From contig OZ176050.1 of NCBI GenBank assembly GCA_964247055.1, positions 930,001 to 994,000 of the forward strand: a stretch of 64,000 nt of DNA. The letters run 5' to 3'. Shown one piece after another: positions 56,101-64,000 of this stretch. The notes below the pieces were generated by a model, which had not been told where the DNA came from, did no database searches, and saw only the letters and a list, made by a program, of their open reading frames with translations. Numbering within the stretch: position 1 is the stretch's first letter; each line of letters begins with the position of its first letter. A program made the position numbers and the translations under genes. This stretch comes from Paragordius varius (taxonomy: Eukaryota; Animalia; Nematomorpha).

Positions 56101-59100
56101 AAAAATTTATTTTATACGATTTTAAAAATAAAAATGACTACCTAAAATCCAAATTTGATCATGTGATGTCGCCATAATTTTTTTTGAGTAGCCCTATGGT
56201 AGTTCCATCATCACCCCAAATACTTTGGGGATCGGACTATAAATGTAATTTTTATGAATTTTTTAAATATTTAAAAAATTAATTTTATACGATTTTAAAA
56301 ATAAAAATGGCTACCTAAAATCCAAATTTGATCAGGTGATGTCGCCATAATTTTTTTTGGGTAGCCCTATGGTAGTTCCATCATCACCCCAAATATTTTG
56401 GGGATCGGACTATAAATGTAATTTTTATGAATATTTTAAATATTTAAAAAATTTATTTTATACGATTTTAGAAATAAAAATGGCTACCTAAAATCCAAAT
56501 TTGATCAGGTGATGTCGCCATAATTTTTTTTTGGTAGCCCTATGGTAGTTCCATCATCACCTCAAATATTTTTGAGATCGGAGTAAAAATGTAATTTTTA
56601 TGAATTTTTTAAATATTTAAAAAATTTATTTATACGATTTTAAAAATAAAAATGGCTACCTAAAATATAAATTTGATCAGGTGATGTCACTATAATATTT
56701 TTGGGTAGCCCTATGGTAGTTCCATCATCACCACAAATATTTTGGGGATCGGACTATAAATGTAATTTTTATGAATTTTTTAAATATTTAAAAAATTTAT
56801 TTTATACGATTTTAAAAATAAAAATGGCTACCTAAAATCCAAATTTGATCAGGTGATGTCGCCATAATTTTTTTTGGGTAGCCCTATGGTAGTTCCATCA
56901 TCACCCCAAATACTTTGGGGATCGGACTATAAATGTATTTTTTATGAATTTTTTAAATATTTAAAAAATTTATTTTATACGATTTTAAAAATAAAAATGG
57001 CTACCTAAAATCCAAATTTGATCAGATGATGTCACCATAATTTTTTTTGGGTAGCCCTATGGTAGTTCCATCATACCCCAAATATTTTCGAGATCGGAGT
57101 ATAAATGTAATTTTTATGAATTTTTTAAATATGTAAAAAATTTATTTTCTACGATTTTAAAAATAAAAATGGCTACCTAAAATCCAAATTTGATCAGGTG
57201 ATGTCACCATAATTTTTTTTGGGTAGCCCTATGGTAGTTCCATCATCACCCCAAATATTGTCGAGATCGGAGTATAAATGTAATTTTTTTGAATTTTTTA
57301 AATATTTAAAAAATTTATTTTATACGATTTTAAAAATAAAAATGGCTACCTAAAATCCAAATTTGATCAGGTGATGTCACTATAATTTTTTTGGGTAGCC
57401 CTATGGTAGTTCCATCATCACCCCAAATATTTTGGGGATCGGACTATAAATGTAATTTTTATGAATTTTTTAAATATTTAAAAAATTTATTTTATACGAT
57501 TTTAAAAATAAAAATGGCTACCTAAAATCCAAATTTGATCTGGTGATGTCACTATAATTTTTTTGGGTAGCCCTATGGTAGTTCCATCATCACCCCAAAT
57601 ATTTTGGGGATCGGACTATAAATGTAATTTTTATGAATTTTTTAAATATTTAAAAAATTTATTTTATACGATTTTAAAAATAAAAATGGCTACCTAAAAT
57701 CCAAATTTGATCATGTGATGTCGCCATAATTTTTTTTGGGTAGCCCTATGGTAGTTCCATCATCACCCCAAATACTTTGGGGATCGGACTATAAATGTAA
57801 TTTTTATGAATTTTTTAAATATTTAAAAAATTTATTTTATACGATTTTAGAAATAAAAATGGCTGCCTAAAATCCAAATTTGATCAGGTGATGTCGCCAT
57901 AATTTTTTTTTGGTAGCCCTATGGTAGTTCCATCATCACCCCAAATATTTTTGAGATCGGAGTAAAAATGTAATTTTTATGAATTTTTTAAATATTTAAA
58001 AAATTTATTTATACGATTTTAAAAATAAAAATGGCTACCTAAAATATAAATTTGATCAGGTGATGTCACTATAATATTTTTGGGTAGCCCTATGGTAGTT
58101 CCATCATCACCACAAATATTTTGGGGATCGGACTATAAATGTAATTTTTATGAATTTTTTAAATATTTAAAAAATTTATTTTATACGATTTTAAAAATAA
58201 AAATGGCTACCTAAAATCCAAATTTGATCAGGTGATGTCGCCATAATTTTTTTTGGGTAGCCCTATGGTAGTTCCATCATCACCCCAAATACTTTGGGGA
58301 TCGGACTATAAATGTATTTTTTATGAATTTTTTAAATATTTAAAAAATTTATTTTATACGATTTTAAAAATAAAAATGGCTACCTAAAATCCAAATTTGA
58401 TCAGATGATATCACCATAATTTTTTTTGGGTAGCCCTATGGTAGTTCCATCATACCCCAAATATTTTCGAGATCGGAGTATAAATGTAATTTTTATGAAT
58501 TTTTTAAATATTTAAAAAATTTATTTTATACGATTTTAAAAATAAAAATGGCTACCTAAAATCCAAATTTGATCAGGTGATGTCACTATAATTTTTTTGG
58601 GTAGCCCTATGGTAGTTCCATCATCACCCCAAATATTTTGGGGATCGGACTATAAATGTAATTTTTATGAATTTTTTAAATATTTAAAAAATTTATTTTA
58701 TACGATTTTAAAAATAAAAATGGCTACCTAAAATCCAAATTTGATCTGGTGATGTCACTATAATTTTTTTGGGTAGCCCTATGGTAGTTCCATCATCACC
58801 CCAAATATTTTGGGGATCGGACTATAAATGTAATTTTTATGAATTTTTTAAATATTTAAAAAATTTATTTTATACGATTTTAAAAATAAAAATGACTACC
58901 TAAAATCCAAATTTGATCATGTGATGTCGCCATAATTTTTTTTGGGTAGCCCTATGGTAGTTCCATCATCACCCCAAATACTTTGGGGATCGGACTATAA
59001 ATGTAATTTTTATGAATTTTTTAAATATTTAAAAAATTTATTTTATACGATTTTAAAAATAAAAATGGCTACCTAAAATCCAAATTTGATCAGGTGATGT

Positions 59101-62100
59101 CGCCATAATTTTTTTTGGGTAGCCCTATTGTAGTTCCATCATAACCCAAAATATTTTTGAGATCGGACTTTAAATGTAATTTTTATGAATTTTTTAAATA
59201 TTTAAAAAATTTATTTTATACGATTTTAGAAATAAAAATGGCTACCTAAAATCCAAATTTGATCAGGTGATGTCACTATAATATTTTTGGGTAGCCCTAT
59301 GGTAGTTCCATCATCACCACAAATATTTTGGGGATCGGACTATAAATGTAATTTTTATGAATTTTTTAAATATTTAAAAAATTTATTTTATACGATTTTA
59401 AAAATAAAAATGGCTACCTAAAATCCAAATTTGATCAGGTGATGTCGCCATAATTTTTTTTGGGTAGCCCTATGGTAGTTCCATCATCACCCCAAATACT
59501 TTGGGGATCGGACTATAAATGTATTTTTTATGAATTTTTTAAATATTTAAAAAATTTATTTTATACGATTTTAAAAATAAAAATGGCTACCTAAAATCCA
59601 AATTTGATCAGATGATATCACCATAATTTTTTTTGGTAGCCCTATGGTAGTTCCATCATCACCCCAAATATTTTTGAGATCGGAGTAAAAATGTAATTTT
59701 TATGAATTTTTTAAATATTTAAAAAATTTATTTATACGATTTTAAAAATAAAAATGGCTACCTAAAATATAAATTTGATCAGGTGATGTCACTATAATAT
59801 TTTTGGGTAGCCCTATGGTAGTTCCATCATCACCACAAATATTTTGGGGATCGGACTATAAATGTAATTTTTATGAATTTTTTAAATATTTAAAAAATTT
59901 ATTTTATACGATTTTAAAAATAAAAATGGCTACCTAAAATCCAAATTTGATCAGGTGATGTCGCCATAATTTTTTTTGGGTAGCCCTATGGTAGTTCCAT
60001 CATCACCCCAAATACTTTGGGGATCGGACTATAAATGTATTTTTTATGAATTTTTTAAATATTTAAAAAATTTATTTTATACGATTTTAAAAATAAAAAT
60101 GGCTACCTAAAATCCAAATTTGATCAGATGATATCACCATAATTTTTTTTGGGTAGCCCTATGGTAGTTCCATCATACCCCAAATATTTTCGAGATCGGA
60201 GTATAAATGTAATTTTTATGAATTTTTTAAATATTTAAAAAATTTATTTTATACGATTTTAAAAATAAAAATGGCTACCTAAAATCCAAATTTGATCTGG
60301 TGATGTCACTATAATTTTTTTGGGTAGCCCTATGGTAGTTCCATCATCACCCCAAATATTTTGGGGATCGGACTATAAATGTAATTTTTATGAATTTTTT
60401 AAATATTTAAAAAATTTATTTTATACGATTTTAAAAATAGAAATGACTACCTAAAATCCAAATTTGATCATGTGATGTCGCCATAATTTTTTTTGGGTAG
60501 CCCTATGGTAGTTCCATCATCACCCCAAATACTTTGGGGATCGGACTATAAATGTAATTTTTATGAATTTTTTAAATATTTAAAAAATTTATTTTATACG
60601 ATTTTAAAAATAAAAATGGCTACCTAAAATCCAAATTTGATCAGGTGATGTCGCCATAATTTTTTTTGGGTAGCCCTGTTGTAGTTCCATCATAACCCAA
60701 AATATTTTTGAGATCGGACTTTAAATGTATTTATGAATTTTTTAAATATTTAAAAAATTTATTTTATACGATTTTAGAAATAAAAATGGCTACCTAAAAT
60801 CCAAATTTGATCAGGTGATGTCGCCATAATTTTTTTTGGTAGCCCTATGGTAGTTCCATCATCACCTCAAATATTTTTGAGATCGGAGTAAAAAGGTAAT
60901 TTTTATGAATTTTTTAAATATTTAAAAAATTTATTTATACGATTTTAAAAATAAAAATGGCTACCTAAAATATAAATTTGATCAGGTGATGTCACTATAA
61001 TATTTTTGGGTAGCCCTATGGTAGTTCCATCATCACCACAAATATTTTGGGGATCGGACTATAAATGTAATTTTTATGAATTTTTTAAATATTTAAAAAA
61101 TTTATTTTATACGATTTTAAAAATAAAAATGGCTACCTAAAATCCAAATTTGATCAGGTGATGTCGCCATAATTTTTTTTGGATAGCCCTATGGTAACCA
61201 TCATCACCCCAAATACTTTGGGGATCGGACTATAAATGTATTTTTTATGAATTTTTTAAATATTTAAAAAATTTATTTTATACGATTTTAAAAATAAAAA
61301 TGGCTACCTAAAATCCAAATTTGATCAGATGATGTCACCATAATTTTTTTTGGGTAGCCCTATGGTAGTTCCATCATACCCCAAATATTTTCGAGATCGG
61401 AGTATAAATGTAATTTTTATGAATTTTTTAAATATGTAAAAAATTTATTTTCTACGATTTTAAAAATAAAAATGGCTACCTAAAATCCAAATTTGATCAG
61501 GTGATGTCACCATATTTTTTTTTGGGTAGCCCTATGGTAGTTCCATCATCACCCCAAATATTGTCGAGATCGGAGTATAAATGTAATTTTTTTGAATTTT
61601 TTAAATATTTAAAAAATTTATTTTATACGATTTTAAAAATAAAAATGGCTACCTAAAATCCAAATTTGATCAAATGATGTCACTATAATTTTTTTGGGTA
61701 GCCCTATGGTAGTTCCATCATCACCCCAAATATTTTGGGGATCGGACTATAAATGTAATTTTTATGAATTTTTTAAATATTTAAAAAATTTATTTTATAC
61801 GATTTTAAAAATAAAAATGGCTACCTAAAATCCAAATTTGATCTGGTGATGTCACTATAATTTTTTTGGGTAGCCCTATGGTAGTTCCATCATCACCCTA
61901 AATATTTTGGGGATCGGACTATAAATGTAATTTTTATGAATTTTTTAAATATTTAAAAAATTTATTTTATACGATTTTAAAAATAAAAATGGCTACCTAA
62001 AATCCAAATTTGATCATGTGATGTCGCCATAATTTTTTTGGGTAGCCCTATGGTAGTTCCATCATCACCCCAAATACTTTGGGGATCGGACTATAAATGT

Positions 62101-64000
62101 AATTTTTATGAATTTTTTAAATATTTAAAAAATTTATTTTATACGATTTTAAAAATAAAAATGGCTACCTAAAATCCAAATTTGATCAGGTGATGTCGCC
62201 ATAATTTTTTTTGGGTAGCCCTATTGTAGTTCCATCATAACCCAAAATATTTTTGAGATCGGACTTTAAATGTAATTTTTATGAATTTTTTAAATATTTA
62301 AAAAATTTATTTTATACGATTTTAAAAATAAAAATGGCTACCTAAAATCCAAATTTGATCAGGTGATGTCGCCATAATTTTTTTTTGGTAGCCCTATGGT
62401 AGTTCCATCATCACCCCAAATATTTTTGAGATCGGAGTAAAAATGTAATTTTTATGAATTTTTTAAATATTTAAAAAATTTATTTATACGATTTTAAAAA
62501 TTAAAATGGCTACCTAAAATATAAATTTGATCAGGTGATGTCACTATAATATTTTTGGGTAGCCCTATGGTAGTTCCATCATCACCACAAATATTTTGGG
62601 GATCGGACTATAAATGTAATTTTTATGAATTTTTTAAATATTTAAAAAATTTATTTTATACGATTTTAAAAATAAAAATGGCTACCTAAAATCCAAATTT
62701 GATCAGGTGATGTCGCCATAATTTTTTTTGGGTAGCCCTATGGTAGTTCCATCATCACCCCAAATACTTTGGGGATCGGACTATAAATGTATTTTTTATG
62801 AATTTTTTAAATATTTAAAAAATTTATTTTATACGATTTTAAAAATAAAAATGGCTACCTAAAATCCAAATTTGATCAGATGATGTCACCATAATTTTTT
62901 TTGGGTAGCCCTATGGTAGTTTCATCATACCCCAAATATTTTCGAGATCGGAGTATAAATGTAATTTTTATGAATTTTTTAAATATTTAAAAAATTTATT
63001 TTCTACGATTTTAAAAATAAAAATGGCTACCTAAAATCCAAATATGATCAGGTGATGTCACCATAATTTTTTTTGGGTAGCCCTATGGTAGTTCCATCAT
63101 CACCCCAAATATTGTCGAGATCGGAGTATAAATGTAATTTTTTTGAATTTTTTAAATATTTAAAAAATTTATTTTATACGATTTTAAAAATAAAAATGGC
63201 TACCTAAAATCCAAATTTGATCAGGTGATGTCACCATAATTTTTTTTGGGTAGCCCTATGGTAGTTCCATCATCACACCAAATACTTTGGGGATCGGACT
63301 ATAAATGTAATTTTTAAGAATTTTTTAAATATTTAAAAAATTTATTTTATACGATTTTAAAAATAAAAATGGCTACCTAAAATCCAAATTTGATCAGGTG
63401 ATGTCACCATAATTTTTTTTGGGTAGCCCTATGGTAGTTCCATCATTACCCCAAATATTTTCGAGATCCGAGTATAAATGTAATTTTTATAAATTTTTTA
63501 AATATTTAAAAAATTTATTTTATAAGATTTTAAAAATAAAAATGGCTACCTAAAATCCAAATTTGATCAGGTGATGTCGCCATAATTTTTTTGGGTAGCC
63601 CTATGGTAGTTCCATCATCACCCCAAATACTTTGGGGATCGGACTATAAATGTAATTTTTATGAATTTTTTAAATATTTAAAAAATTTATTTTATACGAT
63701 TTTAAAAATAAAAATGGCTACCTAAAATCCAAATTTGATCAGATGATGTCGCCATAATTTTTTTTGGGTAGCCCTATAGTAGTTCCATCATCACCCCAAA
63801 TATTTTTGAGATCGGAGTATAAATGTAATTTTTATGAATTTTTTAAATATTTAAAAAATTTATTTTATACGATTTTAAAAATAAAAATGGCTACCTAAAA
63901 TCCAAATTTGATCAGGTGATGTCACCATAATTTATTTGGGTAGCCCTATAGTAGTTCCATCATCACCCCAAATATTTTTGAGATCGGAGTATAAATGTAA
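47200..64000 (+). repeat. Satellite layer D: higher-order-repeat-rich domain
   Basis: Characteristic markers: catgtg+gactacc, cagatg+catcatacccc, actataatatttttggg+caccac, gatctgg, ggagtaaaa, atatgtaa. The actataatattttt marker occurs 9 times from 47,898 to 62,548. Confidence 0.8.
47215..57750 (+). repeat. 32-monomer higher-order duplication (offset 5,519 bp) built from a 19-mer plus a related 13-mer
   Basis: gagtag marker at 47,391, 50,667, 52,910, 56,186 (steps 3,276 / 2,243 / 3,276). cagcac 47,933/53,452; aatattttt 47,898/53,417 and 51,175/56,694; gggaacc 49,462/54,981. Confidence 0.92.

Larger units (their letters stand above)
1..64000 (+). repeat. Tandem satellite DNA array, ~173-bp AT-rich monomer, ~370 head-to-tail copies, running off both window ends
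   Basis: The anchor gatcaggtga recurs at 118, 291 and onward (period 173). The period varies 172-174 with the T-tract before gggtagcc. All monomers share one orientation; no unique sequence seen. Confidence 0.99.

Noticed and set aside
1-64000. CRISPR array or other repeat-spacer system
   Set aside because: There are no unique spacers; the entire period is repeated, and no cas or other genes are present.
1-64000. Assignment to a named ~172-bp satellite family or species
   Set aside because: Several unrelated taxa have satellites of this length. I do not recognise this sequence, and length alone is not evidence; BLAST is required.

Overview
The whole 64 kb is one uninterrupted head-to-tail satellite DNA array: about 370 copies of a ~173-bp AT-rich monomer (172-174 bp, ~27% GC by my count of the consensus), all on the same strand. 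I see no genes, RNA genes, CRISPR spacers, TE insertions or inversions; the single listed ORF is a two-mutation artefact of the repeat. Consensus read from the sequence: accccaaatattttggggatcggactataaatgtaatttttatgaattttttaaatatttaaaaaatttattttatacgattttaaaaataaaaatggctacctaaaatccaaatttgatcaggtgatgtcaccataattttttttgggtagccctatggtagttccatcatc. It looks like eukaryotic (peri)centromeric or heterochromatic satellite; I cannot name the family or organism. The interest is structural. (i) The monomer is largely a chain of dyad symmetries, including a perfect 24-bp palindrome inside a ~70-bp, ~94% AT block. (ii) Diagnostic variants split the array into layers with a sharp switch near 30.1 kb. (iii) Variant tracing by eye reveals nested young higher-order duplications (2-, 3-, 4-, 5-, 12-, 28- and 32-mers). 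(iv) One out-of-register junction lies at 33,650. Offsets were measured by hand between marker variants; block boundaries are approximate to about one monomer. I found no evidence of a coding or defence system.
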